Source: Patescibacteria group bacterium
GTDB taxonomy: Bacteria > Patescibacteriota > Doudnabacteria > UBA920
DNA: 39,722 nucleotides
Direction of reading: 5' to 3'
Assembly (NCBI GenBank): GCA_028870105.1
Contig: JAGWQI010000001.1
Span: forward strand, 1 to 39,722
Part shown: in pieces, positions 8,742 through 18,600 of the stretch
Position numbering within the stretch: the first letter of the stretch is position 1
Layout: every line of letters begins with the position of its first letter
The notes under the pieces: generated by a model
Seen by the model: only the letters and a program-made list of their open reading frames with translations
Databases searched by the model: none
What the model was told of the DNA's origin: nothing
Translations under genes and position numbers: made by a program

Positions 8742-8841
8742 TAATGAAAATGCAAAAGCCAAAATGAAAGATGTAAAGAGTCTCATTTGCCGCGACGCGT
8801 AGGCATTTAAATTTTGAGTTTTGACTTTAAACTTTAATTTT
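8742..8841. repeat. AT-rich imperfect inverted-repeat element, copy 1
   Basis: A-rich left arm with AAAATGCAAAA, central ACGCGTA, T-rich periodic right arm. Confidence 0.5.
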
Positions 8842-8843
8842 CC

Positions 8844-9296
8844 ATGCTTTCACTTCAGCAGATAGAATCCGACCTTAAGGACGCTTTAAAAGCGCGCGAC
8901 AGCTTGCGCGCCGATACTTTGCGTGGCTTGAAAACCCGCGTTCAGAATGAGCTAACTAAGGCCGGCAGCAAGCCGGGTCAGGATTTGTCTGAATCCGAAA
9001 TTTTCGCGCTGATCCGTTCGGAAATCAAGAAACGCCGGGATTCAGCTGAGGCTTTTAAGCAAGGTAACCGCCCTGAGCAGGCTAAGAAGGAAGAAGACGA
9101 GGCCGCGCTGCTGCAGCACTATTTGCCCGCGCAGATGCCCGAAGCGCAGTTGGCGCAGATTGTTGACCAGGCCATTGCCGACATGTCGGCTCTGCCCGCG
9201 GATTTTGGCAAGGTTATGGGCAAGCTGAAGGCGCAACTGGGCGATCAGGCCGACGGCGCCACGCTGTCGCGGCTATTAAGAGAACGCTTAAAGTAA
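8844..9296 (+). CDS. GatB/YqeY domain protein
   Basis: LKDALKARD..R..LR, EIKKRRDS...F..GNR, YLPAQM, DFGKVMG, ADG. Confidence 0.95.
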   Translation: MLSLQQIESDLKDALKARDSLRADTLRGLKTRVQNELTKAGSKPGQDLSESEIFALIRSEIKKRRDSAEAFKQGNRPEQAKKEEDEAALLQHYLPAQMPEAQLAQIVDQAIADMSALPADFGKVMGKLKAQLGDQADGATLSRLLRERLK

Positions 9297-9409
9297 GTCA
9301 AAACGGAAAAATCAAAATGCAAAATCACATGTTAAATTTTAAAAATGGCAACGCGTAATTATTTTGATTTTGCATTGTCATTTTTATTTTGATAGTGAAT
9401 TTTAATTTT
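9297..9409. repeat. AT-rich imperfect inverted-repeat element, copy 2
   Basis: AATGCAAAATCA (9316-9327) and TGATTTTGCATT (9365-9376) form a perfect inverted repeat; central ACGCGTA. Confidence 0.55.
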
Positions 9410-9410
9410 C

Positions 9411-10658
9411 ATGAGCAAGGAAACTTACATTGTCGGGTTAGACGTGGGTACAGCCAACATCCGCGCGGTGCAGGCCAAGCTGGAAGGCGAGACCGGGCGG
9501 TTTAACGTCATTGGCGCCAGCGAAGCGCCCAGCCAAGGCTTGCGGCGCGGCGTTATTGTGGATATTGAAGAGGCCGTTTCCAGCGTGGCCGTGGCTTTGG
9601 AAAATCTCGAGCGCATGACCGGCGTGCCGGTGGAGGCGGCTAACGTTAGCATTGGCGGCAACCACATTACTTCCGTGGCTTCCCACGGAGTTATTGCCGT
9701 CTCGAGGGCCGACGGCGAAATTATGGAAAGCGATATTGTCCGCGCCGTGGACGCTTCGCAGGTTATTTCCATTCCCAACAATCGCGAGGTGCTGCACGTG
9801 TTCCCAAAAAGTTTTATCCTCGACGGCCAAACTGGCATTAAGGATCCTTTGGGCATGAGCGGTATCCGCTTGGAGGTGGATACCTTAATTGTCCAGGCCG
9901 GCTTGCCGTTTGTTAAAAATCTGACTAAGGCCATTACTCAGGCGGGATTGGAAATTGAGGACTTGGTTTTGGCTCCGTGCGCCGCGGCTGAAGCGGTTTT
10001 GAGCAAACGCCAGCGCGAGCTGGGCGTGGCTCTGGTGGATTTGGGCGCGGGCACAACCAGCTTGGCGATTTACGAGGAAGGTGACTTGCTGCATACGGCC
10101 GTGATTCCCATTGGCCAGATGCACGTGACCAACGATATTGCCATTGGCCTGCGCTGCAGCATTGACACGGCGGAAAAAGTTAAATTGCTGTACGGCCATT
10201 GCGACGTTAAGGCCATTGACCGTGAAGAGGAGATTGACCTGTCCAAGCTCGATTCCAGCGAGGAGCAATCGGCCCTGCGCGGCTACGTGGTGGAAATAAT
10301 TGAGGCGCGGCTGGAAGAAATTTTTGATCGCGTGAACGCCGAGCTAAAAAAATCCGGCCGCGACGGCAAACTGCCGGCCGGGCTGGTTTTAACCGGCGGC
10401 GGCAGCAAACTGCCGGGCGCGGTGGAGTTTGCCAAAAAGCGCCTGCGCTTGCCGGCCGGGTTGGGTATGCCGCAAAACGTGACTACGGTCATTGACCGTG
10501 TGGATGACCCGGCCTTTGCCACGGCCGTGGGTTTGGTGTTGTGGGGTGGTAAGTTTTCAGCTGGCGGCGGCGACAAGCTGGCCAGCTTTATGTCCGGCTG
10601 GCTGCAAAAGGACAGCGTGGCGAAACTGCGCAAGTGGCTGAAATCCTTTTTGCCGTAG
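9411..10658 (+). CDS. ftsA: Cell division protein FtsA
   Basis: VGLDVGT, DPLGMSGIRLE, LVDLGAGTT, TNDIAIGL, IIEARLEE, VLTGGG. Confidence 0.97.
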   Translation: MSKETYIVGLDVGTANIRAVQAKLEGETGRFNVIGASEAPSQGLRRGVIVDIEEAVSSVAVALENLERMTGVPVEAANVSIGGNHITSVASHGVIAVSRADGEIMESDIVRAVDASQVISIPNNREVLHVFPKSFILDGQTGIKDPLGMSGIRLEVDTLIVQAGLPFVKNLTKAITQAGLEIEDLVLAPCAAAEAVLSKRQRELGVALVDLGAGTTSLAIYEEGDLLHTAVIPIGQMHVTNDIAIGLRCSIDTAEKVKLLYGHCDVKAIDREEEIDLSKLDSSEEQSALRGYVVEIIEARLEEIFDRVNAELKKSGRDGKLPAGLVLTGGGSKLPGAVEFAKKRLRLPAGLGMPQNVTTVIDRVDDPAFATAVGLVLWGGKFSAGGGDKLASFMSGWLQKDSVAKLRKWLKSFLP

Positions 10659-10687
10659 GTTTACGGTCGGGAACGTAAAATAAATAT

Positions 10688-10714
10688 AGACGCCAGTAAG
10701 GCGTCTTTTTTCTT
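10688..10714 (+). terminator. Intrinsic terminator after ftsA
   Basis: AGACGCC-AGTAA-GGCGTCT followed by a T tract. Confidence 0.8.
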
Positions 10715-10783
10715 GGTATTAAGCCAAGTTTTTAGTTTGAGTGTTATTTTATGGCTTAAAAATAGTGCGTTTTAAGCCGAGTC

Positions 10784-10812
10784 TTGACATTTTCCAAAAA
10801 AGAGTGTATAGT
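10784..10812 (+). promoter_or_regulatory. sigma70 promoter of the 10941 ORF
   Basis: TTGACA-17-TATAGT. Confidence 0.75.
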
Positions 10813-10940
10813 TATAGGTTATATTTAAAGCTCTAAACAGCCTTAAATATAGCAAGTACTTTGCAAAAATTAGGAGGATTTAAGCGTTATTTAGGAAGTG
10901 GTCATAGCAATAAGCCTGTAAAGTTTATAGGTTTGTTGCT

Positions 10941-12122
10941 ATGACCAACTTCAAAAGCACAATTTTTGCGGCGTGCCTCGCGGCCGCCATGTTCGTGTTT
11001 TTCGCCACCGCCGCTGTGGCCCAAACCCCGGTTCCGCAGGGATGTTTTCTGCTGCAGACCGGGCAGACTTTTTGCCCGGTCCAGCCGTCCGCTCCTACGC
11101 CCGCTCCGACCGCTACCTCATCCGCAGCGCAGCTGCGGACGGCGATTTCGGAGGCCCAGGATATTAACCGCCAACTTCAGGCTGTACAGCAGCCAGGAGT
11201 CCCGTGGCCGATGTTCTGGTCAATCGCCTTCATTATTGTGTTATTGGCGGTAATCGCGGGGATTTACGTGTGGTGGCTGTCACAGCACCACCCGACGATC
11301 CGGACGAGTATTCGTCCGGCTGACGGCCAGGCGCAGGTTAACTTTGTACCTGTGCTGCCGCCCCCGCCCGCACCCGCGCCTGCCCCGGCTCCCGCGCCGT
11401 TGCCTGCTGGCACTCCCGCGCCTGGCAACTGTGGCACGTGCGGTACCGCGTATCCGGCGGCCGCTCGTTTCTGCGCCGCTTGCGGCCGGGTGCTCCCGTT
11501 GGTTTTGTTCGCGCTGTTGCTGTTTGGTTTTAGCCATACGGCCATGGCGCAGCAGAACAATGAGGTACGCTATGCATGCGTGGTTAACGGCGTGCCGGGT
11601 TTCTGCTCGCAGCCTCCGGCTGCGACGCCTGCCCCGGCCTCCGCTCCCGCAGCGCCCGCGCCTCCGGCCCCCGCGCCGCGCCGCCACATTGCTGCCCCGG
11701 CCTCCGCTCCCGCAGCTTCCACGCCGCAGCAGCAGGTTGAGGCGATCACGAGAGGCGTGATCCAGGCCCTGCGCGAGCAGGGTGTGGTGGCGCCCGCGAC
11801 GTCTCCGAAGCCTACTGCCAGTTCTCTTTCTGAGGTGACTCAGGAAGTGGCGGACAGGATTTCTGCCGTGGAAACGCGGCAGAACATGATTACCAATCAG
11901 CAGAACATGATTGGTAATCGCCTCGGCGGTGTGGAAGCCGACCTTAAAAGGGTCGGCGACTACGCCAATAAGGTGGGGGAGCTTTCGGCGGCCACGGCCG
12001 CCGGGGCCATCCCCAAAATGTCCGAAAAGGGCGGGGGGAACAGCCCGGCTTGCCGGGCCTACCAGGCCCTGCAGGCTGTGGCGGGGGAGGTTAGTGGCCG
12101 CGCTCCGCGCGGCTGCAAATAA
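10941..12122 (+). CDS. Hypothetical Pro/Ala-rich membrane protein with signal peptide, TM helix, zinc ribbon and a second internal signal-like segment
   Basis: 393-aa ORF behind its own promoter; AVA|Q cleavage site, TM, CGTC..CAAC, FALLLFGFSHTAMA|Q. Confidence 0.75.
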   Translation: MTNFKSTIFAACLAAAMFVFFATAAVAQTPVPQGCFLLQTGQTFCPVQPSAPTPAPTATSSAAQLRTAISEAQDINRQLQAVQQPGVPWPMFWSIAFIIVLLAVIAGIYVWWLSQHHPTIRTSIRPADGQAQVNFVPVLPPPPAPAPAPAPAPLPAGTPAPGNCGTCGTAYPAAARFCAACGRVLPLVLFALLLFGFSHTAMAQQNNEVRYACVVNGVPGFCSQPPAATPAPASAPAAPAPPAPAPRRHIAAPASAPAASTPQQQVEAITRGVIQALREQGVVAPATSPKPTASSLSEVTQEVADRISAVETRQNMITNQQNMIGNRLGGVEADLKRVGDYANKVGELSAATAAGAIPKMSEKGGGNSPACRAYQALQAVAGEVSGRAPRGCK

Positions 12123-12322
12123 CCCAAATAACGCTTCAGCAGTTTGGGGGAGAGGAACCTTAAAGGGATTGTTTACACACAATCCGCCTCTCCCCAAGTT
12201 TTTCCAGGTTTGCCTTGGTTAAAGACAGCGGCTAAACTAGTTTGGCCTTTGTGTTTAAAAGGTAAAAGGAGGATACCAGATCATCATAGCGGTAAGCGCG
12301 GCATTGTTGCTGTGTTTGCGGC

Positions 12323-12998
12323 TATGATGATGCTAATTTTTGCATTGCTGTTTGGCGCCGTTTTGCCCGCTCAGACGCGGGCCGATGGCAAAGTGCGGTT
12401 TTTTATGCCGCGCGCGGACTCGCCCACTGCCATGCGGCGGTGCGGCAGCGACTTGGAGGCTCTCAAGAAATTGGGGAGCCTCCAACGTTACGTTTTTAGC
12501 GGGTCAGAACGCCTGACCGAGATGGCGTTCTGTGGAGCCACCGGCGGAATAGATCGCGTACACGTGTACGCGGTGCCGGCCGGCACCGTTGGCTGGCTCA
12601 AGCCAGACGGCTCGGGCCGCATCGTCCTGGAAGAGTGCGTCAATGACGCAATCTGTAAGGGCTGCGAATTACCTAAGCCGTTTGCGCCGGCCGCACCGCC
12701 GCCTGTGGAAGCGCCGCCGCCTACCCCGGCAGTCATGCTGTTGCCACCGCCTGAACCGGTGGCGCTTAATGACCTGCCGCCGGCGCCCGCGGCGTGGCAG
12801 CAGCCGGAAATTTCGGTCGAGCTCCTTTGGGAGATTGGCCGGAAGTTCCCGATTCCGTGCTATCCCCGCGAGCGGGGGTGGTACGGCACGGGGCTGCCGA
12901 TCGCCGAATGCGCTGCTGTTGGCGCCATCGCCTGGTGGCTGTGGCCGGCAGCAGCAGTGGTTGGCACCAAAGTACCGGTGCCGGTCATCACGCCGTAA
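12323..12998 (+). CDS. Hypothetical exported Cys/Pro-rich protein with hydrophobic C-terminus (start uncertain, approximately 12323)
   Basis: Part of ORF 12144..12998; signal-like MMMLIFALLFGAVLPA; followed by a terminator. Confidence 0.6.
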
Positions 12999-13017
12999 AA
13001 GTCGGCAGCAAACGCTC

Positions 13018-13057
13018 AGCCGGGACGACTCACGTTGTCCCGGCTTTTCTTTTTTTT
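13018..13057 (+). terminator. Intrinsic terminator
   Basis: AGCCGGGAC...GTCCCGGCT followed by a long T tract. Confidence 0.8.
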
Positions 13058-13098
13058 ATTTTTATGGTTAAATAAAAGCAAATAGATTTAAACATTTT

Positions 13099-15636
13099 AT
13101 GTCCGAAGAAACCAAAGAAAAAATCATTGACGTGAGTTTTAGCGCGGTAAAAGCGGGTGAGCCGGCTGAGGCCATAAATGCCCCGGAGACGGCCGAAGTA
13201 GAAACCGTGGCCCCAGAGCCTAAAGCGGAATCAAAAGTAAATGTTAAAGGCTTTCGGCGCCGGCGCCGGGCCAGAGTGAGCTCGACTTTAATTGATTACG
13301 GCGACTTTCGGGCCTTTGAGGCCACTAAGGAATTGGACATTCGGGGCAAAAAGGTCCAGGTGCCGGATTTCCGCATTATCGTCAATGACGAATTAATCAA
13401 CGAGCTGGTTAAGCGCCGGCTCTTGAAAAAGGAAGACCAGGCCGTTCCGGCAAAAATTGAGCAGGCCTTACGGCCGTTGCTGGACAAGGTGCTGCGCAAT
13501 AATTGGGATTTTGACCCCAAAGACTTGCGCGTGGAAGGCCGGGGCGACAACATGGAGCTGGTAATGCAAATGGATAAGCGCGATATGCGCGTGCCGTTTG
13601 CCGACGCCCGCATGGTCATGAAAAATGTTTTGGGGCAGGATAACGGCTACTTAAACGCGGCCTACGAGGCCCGCAAAAACCCCCGTTATTATCAAAAATT
13701 AAAAAAATATTGGAACGACGCCCAATTTCAGCAATTTAAAGACGACTTCCAGAATATTTCCAACCGTTCGCTTAAAACTTTGCAGGAAACCGTTTCAGCT
13801 GGAAAGAATTGGGAGGCGGAATATTTGGCGGCCAAGGAGCTGCTGGTCAAGGAGGGCGCGGCTGAAGGAACGGATTCGGCGAAATTAGACGGGGCGCGCG
13901 AACTGGTGCGGGCCGTGGAAGACGTGGTGCTGCAGGCTGGCGTGCCGAATTATCGCGACACGATTTTGCACCAAGCCTTGCTCGAACGGCTGAAAAATTA
14001 CGAACAAATCGCTAAGCGGGAGAACGAAGACTTGTTGACCAAGGTTTTGGCCGAGCCGGAAAGCTACCCCTGGAGCCGCCTGCAGAAGTTATTGGCCAAA
14101 GAGAGGCCTGAGGCCAAGGCGCAACTTTATTCCCAGCTGCTTAATTCCGCCGGAGTTTATCGGTCGTATAGGTGGGTGGAAGACAAAGCTTTTGTAAAGA
14201 ACGGGCAGGACCCGGAAAAGTGGCCGTTTCCGCTTAAGCGGCCGCGCAATTTTTTGTCCCTGTCCGCCAGGGCCGCGCTGGAAGTGCTGCAACGCCAGTC
14301 CCGGCAGCCGGAGTACGAATTGCCGCCGACGCGGTTTTTTGAGCAGGCGGTGGTAACAGAGTTCGCCGGCAGCGTCCCGGAGCTTAGGCCCGAGCAACAG
14401 CCGGCGGTTGTGATTCAGGAAGAAAGCGGTAAAGGGTTTTTGCGTTTGTACTTAAAGCACCCAAAAAAGGCCGACGAAACCAGGAGATTTTATTTGCCGA
14501 TTGGCGGCGGCGGGCTATTGCGGGCGCCGGAGCAGAATGACGCGCATAAATTTTACGAGGCGGGGCAGCATTTGTTTGAAGGGCGTAATAGTTTTAATTT
14601 GGCCATTACTTGGGAAGGCGGGGACGATAGCGACCCGGTGTTTTCGTTCGCGGCGCAAGGCTTAGGCGGCCAAGTTAAAAAGCGGCTTAGTGAGTTGCAG
14701 TCTAATTTGGATTTTGGCAGCTTGCTGGAAAGCAAAATTTGCGTTGCGGAGTTTTTGGCCTGGAAGAAACGCGAAAAAACCGAAGGGCGCGCGAAATTAG
14801 ACGAATCCGGCGCCTATAATCGGGAATTGACCACTGACCAGCGCAACCAAATAGGCCGCATGACCGGTATTTTATCCTACCGCGGCATTCCGTCTTTGGG
14901 CGAGCAGCTAATCGCCGAGCATATTAGTAAGGTTTTAAGTTTGGAATCGGATTTAACGAGGCAGGCATCCTTAAAACGCCGGGTTAAGATTGGCGGCGCT
15001 TTAAAGACCGAAGCTGCGGTTGCCGAACGGCAGCCGGTTTTGCCGGAAATCAAGTATTCCTCGGCGGAAACGGATTTTATTAAGGAATTGGTTTACAGCG
15101 AGGTTCCGTCCGGGTCGGATTTTATGTCGGCCAGCGAGCTGCAAACCGCGATTTTGGCTAAAGCCCAAGAATTTAAGTTGCAACCGGCGGCGCTGACCTT
15201 GAGGCTTTTGAAGTCTTTGGAAAATTTGCTGGCCGGGCAAAAGCAAATTTTGTCTCGCGGCATTGGTGATTTGGAATTAGCCAAACAATTTAAGCGCCAG
15301 GTTAAGTTAAGTCCGGAAGAGAGTTTGGAAATTTTGGTTAAGGGTTTGCGCGCGGCGCTGCGCGACATCGCGGTGTCCGGCGAGGTTTTACCTTCCGAGC
15401 GGGCTGTGGTGTTTGCCGAAAGCTTGGAACAGCAGGGATTGTCGTCACCGGAACTGCGGCGGTTTTGCGCCAGCCAGTACGACGTATTTATGGATCGAAC
15501 TGATCCGAGCAAGCCATTGGATTCCCGCGAAGCGAAGTTCCGGAATTTTTGGCAAAGCTTGGGGCAAAACATGGCTCAAAGGGCGGCGGTTAGCCGGCAA
15601 TTGGGCGGCGGTGAACAAACAAAACTAATCTCATGA
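13099..15636 (+). CDS. Large hypothetical protein (845 aa)
   Basis: Long ORF with host-like codon usage; ATGA overlap with the next gene; no recognised motif. Confidence 0.8.
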   Translation: MSEETKEKIIDVSFSAVKAGEPAEAINAPETAEVETVAPEPKAESKVNVKGFRRRRRARVSSTLIDYGDFRAFEATKELDIRGKKVQVPDFRIIVNDELINELVKRRLLKKEDQAVPAKIEQALRPLLDKVLRNNWDFDPKDLRVEGRGDNMELVMQMDKRDMRVPFADARMVMKNVLGQDNGYLNAAYEARKNPRYYQKLKKYWNDAQFQQFKDDFQNISNRSLKTLQETVSAGKNWEAEYLAAKELLVKEGAAEGTDSAKLDGARELVRAVEDVVLQAGVPNYRDTILHQALLERLKNYEQIAKRENEDLLTKVLAEPESYPWSRLQKLLAKERPEAKAQLYSQLLNSAGVYRSYRWVEDKAFVKNGQDPEKWPFPLKRPRNFLSLSARAALEVLQRQSRQPEYELPPTRFFEQAVVTEFAGSVPELRPEQQPAVVIQEESGKGFLRLYLKHPKKADETRRFYLPIGGGGLLRAPEQNDAHKFYEAGQHLFEGRNSFNLAITWEGGDDSDPVFSFAAQGLGGQVKKRLSELQSNLDFGSLLESKICVAEFLAWKKREKTEGRAKLDESGAYNRELTTDQRNQIGRMTGILSYRGIPSLGEQLIAEHISKVLSLESDLTRQASLKRRVKIGGALKTEAAVAERQPVLPEIKYSSAETDFIKELVYSEVPSGSDFMSASELQTAILAKAQEFKLQPAALTLRLLKSLENLLAGQKQILSRGIGDLELAKQFKRQVKLSPEESLEILVKGLRAALRDIAVSGEVLPSERAVVFAESLEQQGLSSPELRRFCASQYDVFMDRTDPSKPLDSREAKFRNFWQSLGQNMAQRAAVSRQLGGGEQTKLIS

Positions 15637-16418
15637 ACGAAATCGAACTCAGACGGACCTTAGAAGAGCGGCAGCGGGAAGCTGCCGCGGCCATGGTGGG
15701 TGAAATGCAGACGCAAATGTCGGAATTGGCCGAAGCGCAAATGTTGGACGCTTGTATTGACTTAGCCAGGCAGGAGCTGTTACAATGCTCGGCTACCCCC
15801 CTAGGCGTTTATGAAGCTTTGCAAAAAGTCCATAAGAGCGCCGGTCCGGCGCAGCAGCTTGATAAGGATCGGCTGGAGGCGTTTAACCGGCGGTTAGCGG
15901 GAAATATTATTGAGTGGTTGGAGCGGGTGACTAATATCCAGGTGCGCTCGGCCCTGCAAGCGCGGACCGAGGCGGACCCAAAGACCAATGAGTGGAAAGA
16001 ATTTTATAAGATTACGGCCGAGGTCTTAACTAAAATGCGGGAGGTAAAACAAGAGCGGCCGGTTCCCGCCGCCTCGGATTTAGCAGATTTGGGGATTGCG
16101 CTAGAAGATGTTAAAGCCGAAGTAAAAATACCGGAGCCGGAAGCCGGCGTTGACGTTATTCCACCCGGGGGGTTTATAGACACAGTCGCGGAAGAGCCTA
16201 CTGCGGAAGAGCCGGAAAAGTTGCCGCTGTTTGTAAAAATTCTGGAAACGGCTAAAGAGAACGCGTTTGCCGATTTTATGTCCCGCAAGCAAGACCCGAA
16301 AAATCCGTTTCCGTTAGAGAAGCTAAGGCAAGTGTTTGAGTCCTTATGGGAGCTTGAAGAATATAAAGCCAAGGAGCAAATTTTGGAGGCTTTAAAAAAG
16401 GCCGGCGTAATTAAGTAA
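15633..16418 (+). CDS. Hypothetical acidic helical protein
   Basis: 261-aa ORF translationally coupled to the upstream gene. Confidence 0.8.
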   Translation: MNEIELRRTLEERQREAAAAMVGEMQTQMSELAEAQMLDACIDLARQELLQCSATPLGVYEALQKVHKSAGPAQQLDKDRLEAFNRRLAGNIIEWLERVTNIQVRSALQARTEADPKTNEWKEFYKITAEVLTKMREVKQERPVPAASDLADLGIALEDVKAEVKIPEPEAGVDVIPPGGFIDTVAEEPTAEEPEKLPLFVKILETAKENAFADFMSRKQDPKNPFPLEKLRQVFESLWELEEYKAKEQILEALKKAGVIK

Positions 16419-16428
16419 ACATAATGTT

Positions 16429-18597
16429 ATGTCAGAAGAATTTGACAGAAAAGCGGCGGTCGCCGCTTCGTTAGAGCAGCATTTGTCAAAACTAAAGCAG
16501 CCTGATGCCCAGGCGGATTTATCTGTTCCAAGAATATCGCCAACACCCGAGGTGGAAAGACCCAAATCGTTCATTCCTGATGATCCTGAAGAAAGGCGAA
16601 TTTTGGCTGAAAAAAGGGAATCGGAATTGAAAGCTGCCCGCGAAGCTTATGTAAAAACTAAAAGGGATTTGGGCAAGTTTGGGGTCATTAAATCCGTTTG
16701 GGAAGCCTTAAAAGGAAAAGATACCAAGGAAAAAGTTAGGCTGGAACACGAGAAGGCCCAAAAAGAATACGATAAAAAGAAAGCGGAATATTACAAAGTC
16801 GCCACGGCTCAGTTTTTGCAGGAGCGCGATAAGCTGTTGGAAGAAGAAATTAAAAATCAGGCCCCAGGCAAAAGATGGCCCAAGAAAGCTTACGATTGGT
16901 ACAAGGGCCTGTCTAACAAGAACTTGGCTTTATTTGTGGAAAGGGTCCGGGGTAAGAAAATCGAGAACCGCTATGTTAAGGCCGGCTTGGGCATGGTTAA
17001 TCCGCGTACCGCGATTAGCCTTGGCTTGCTGGGTGGCGGCGTATATTTTGGCGCCACTGCGGCCGGCGTGGGTATTTTTACTGCCAGGAGGTTAGTTAGC
17101 GGAACCTCTGCCAGCGTGGGTACCTATGACTTGTTAAACCTGGCCAGAGGCGGCCGGGACCGGGTTAAGCTGGCTAAGGAAATTGATAAAATCGAGACGC
17201 TGGACGAGGTAGAGCAGCGGATGGCCCGCATTGAAGCCCGGGTAATGTTCGACGGCAAGACCTACGAAACCTTACAGGGGGACAGGCTTTACCAGCAGCT
17301 TAAATCTAAGCGCGCGGAAATATACGAGAAAAAAACCGCAGAGCAAGACACGGCCTGGAAGTTATCCCAATTTATAGGCGAGCGTTCCAAAAAGGACGAA
17401 GAGCAAATCGAAAAAAGCCTGGGCAAGGAAAAGAATTTCCGCAGGTTGGCTACGGCCACCGGCGCGGCTGTTGGCGCGGTTATTGGTACCGGCAAACTTA
17501 ATTGGCTTTATCGAAAATTAATGCCGGAGCACGCTTCGGCGGCCGCGCCAAAGGGTTTAGCCGGCCATCCTGAAGCCCCGGCGGAGTTTAAGCCGGCGAT
17601 GCCTCCGGTGCAGGACATTCAGCTGCACGCCGGCAGCCGCGGCATTGAGGGCGCGTTGCTGGATCTTAAAAAAACTAACGCTGAGTCTTACAATAAAATG
17701 CTGGCCTGGATGCAAAACCAGCCGGGGATTGGGCAGGACACGGCCGGACACCAAATTACCGACCCCGGCAAGCTGGTGCACCGTTTCGTGGACAAGTTCG
17801 CCCAAGAGCACAATTTTAACATTGACCAGGGCGGCGGGCATGATTTGAGCCGGATGTTTAAAGCCGACATGGCGGTTCACGCCGACGGCTCAGTGACGTT
17901 TAATACCTCGCCTGAGCATTTTCAGTTTATGCCCGAAAGCCATCACGCGGCTACCGCCGGCCAGCCGGATTTGCACCACGGGGACCTGTCTTCGCTAACG
18001 CCGGAGGAAATCCAAAAAATGGCGCACGACCAGATGCACGACTACTTAGTCCAGCATCCGCAGGAGACCGCTGAGTTAAAGCGCTTATTAAATCCGATTC
18101 AGCCGGATATTGCGCCGCCAACGCACGCCGTGCCAGCCCCTCCCAAGCTGCCGGATTCCGGGATTGCTTTTCCGCGCATGCACGAGCCGCCGGTGGATTT
18201 GCCGCCGCATCAAGATTACGGCTTCGGCGGTTATGACGCCCCAGTTCACGCCGCGGCCAGGCCGGAAATTGCCAGTGCCGCCGGCGAAGTCCTGTTGGCC
18301 AAGGCCACCGCGGCCAAGGATACGGCTAAGGCGCTCAAGCAAATTTTGCCAAAAGATCAGCTGCACAATTTTATGCATAAGGTGCTCGGCGTAAGCGACC
18401 GCAAGCTCAATGGTTTAAAGAATATGAGCGTGTTGGAATTTGCGGAAAAGGCCGAGGTTAATAAAAAATTCCAAAACGAATTTTCCAAATTGGGCAAATT
18501 GATTTTTGAAAAATCTACCCAAGCCGATTGGGACAGCGCGGAAAATTTGAGCGTGCGCCAGTGGCTGGTAAATTACGCTTTAAGAATTAAAAAATAA
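16429..18597 (+). CDS. Large hypothetical coiled-coil protein with glycine-zipper-like hydrophobic segments and His/Pro-rich linker
   Basis: 722 aa; LGLLGGGVYFGATAAGVG and ATATGAAVGAVIGTG segments. Confidence 0.8.
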   Translation: MSEEFDRKAAVAASLEQHLSKLKQPDAQADLSVPRISPTPEVERPKSFIPDDPEERRILAEKRESELKAAREAYVKTKRDLGKFGVIKSVWEALKGKDTKEKVRLEHEKAQKEYDKKKAEYYKVATAQFLQERDKLLEEEIKNQAPGKRWPKKAYDWYKGLSNKNLALFVERVRGKKIENRYVKAGLGMVNPRTAISLGLLGGGVYFGATAAGVGIFTARRLVSGTSASVGTYDLLNLARGGRDRVKLAKEIDKIETLDEVEQRMARIEARVMFDGKTYETLQGDRLYQQLKSKRAEIYEKKTAEQDTAWKLSQFIGERSKKDEEQIEKSLGKEKNFRRLATATGAAVGAVIGTGKLNWLYRKLMPEHASAAAPKGLAGHPEAPAEFKPAMPPVQDIQLHAGSRGIEGALLDLKKTNAESYNKMLAWMQNQPGIGQDTAGHQITDPGKLVHRFVDKFAQEHNFNIDQGGGHDLSRMFKADMAVHADGSVTFNTSPEHFQFMPESHHAATAGQPDLHHGDLSSLTPEEIQKMAHDQMHDYLVQHPQETAELKRLLNPIQPDIAPPTHAVPAPPKLPDSGIAFPRMHEPPVDLPPHQDYGFGGYDAPVHAAARPEIASAAGEVLLAKATAAKDTAKALKQILPKDQLHNFMHKVLGVSDRKLNGLKNMSVLEFAEKAEVNKKFQNEFSKLGKLIFEKSTQADWDSAENLSVRQWLVNYALRIKK

Positions 18598-18600
18598 AAT

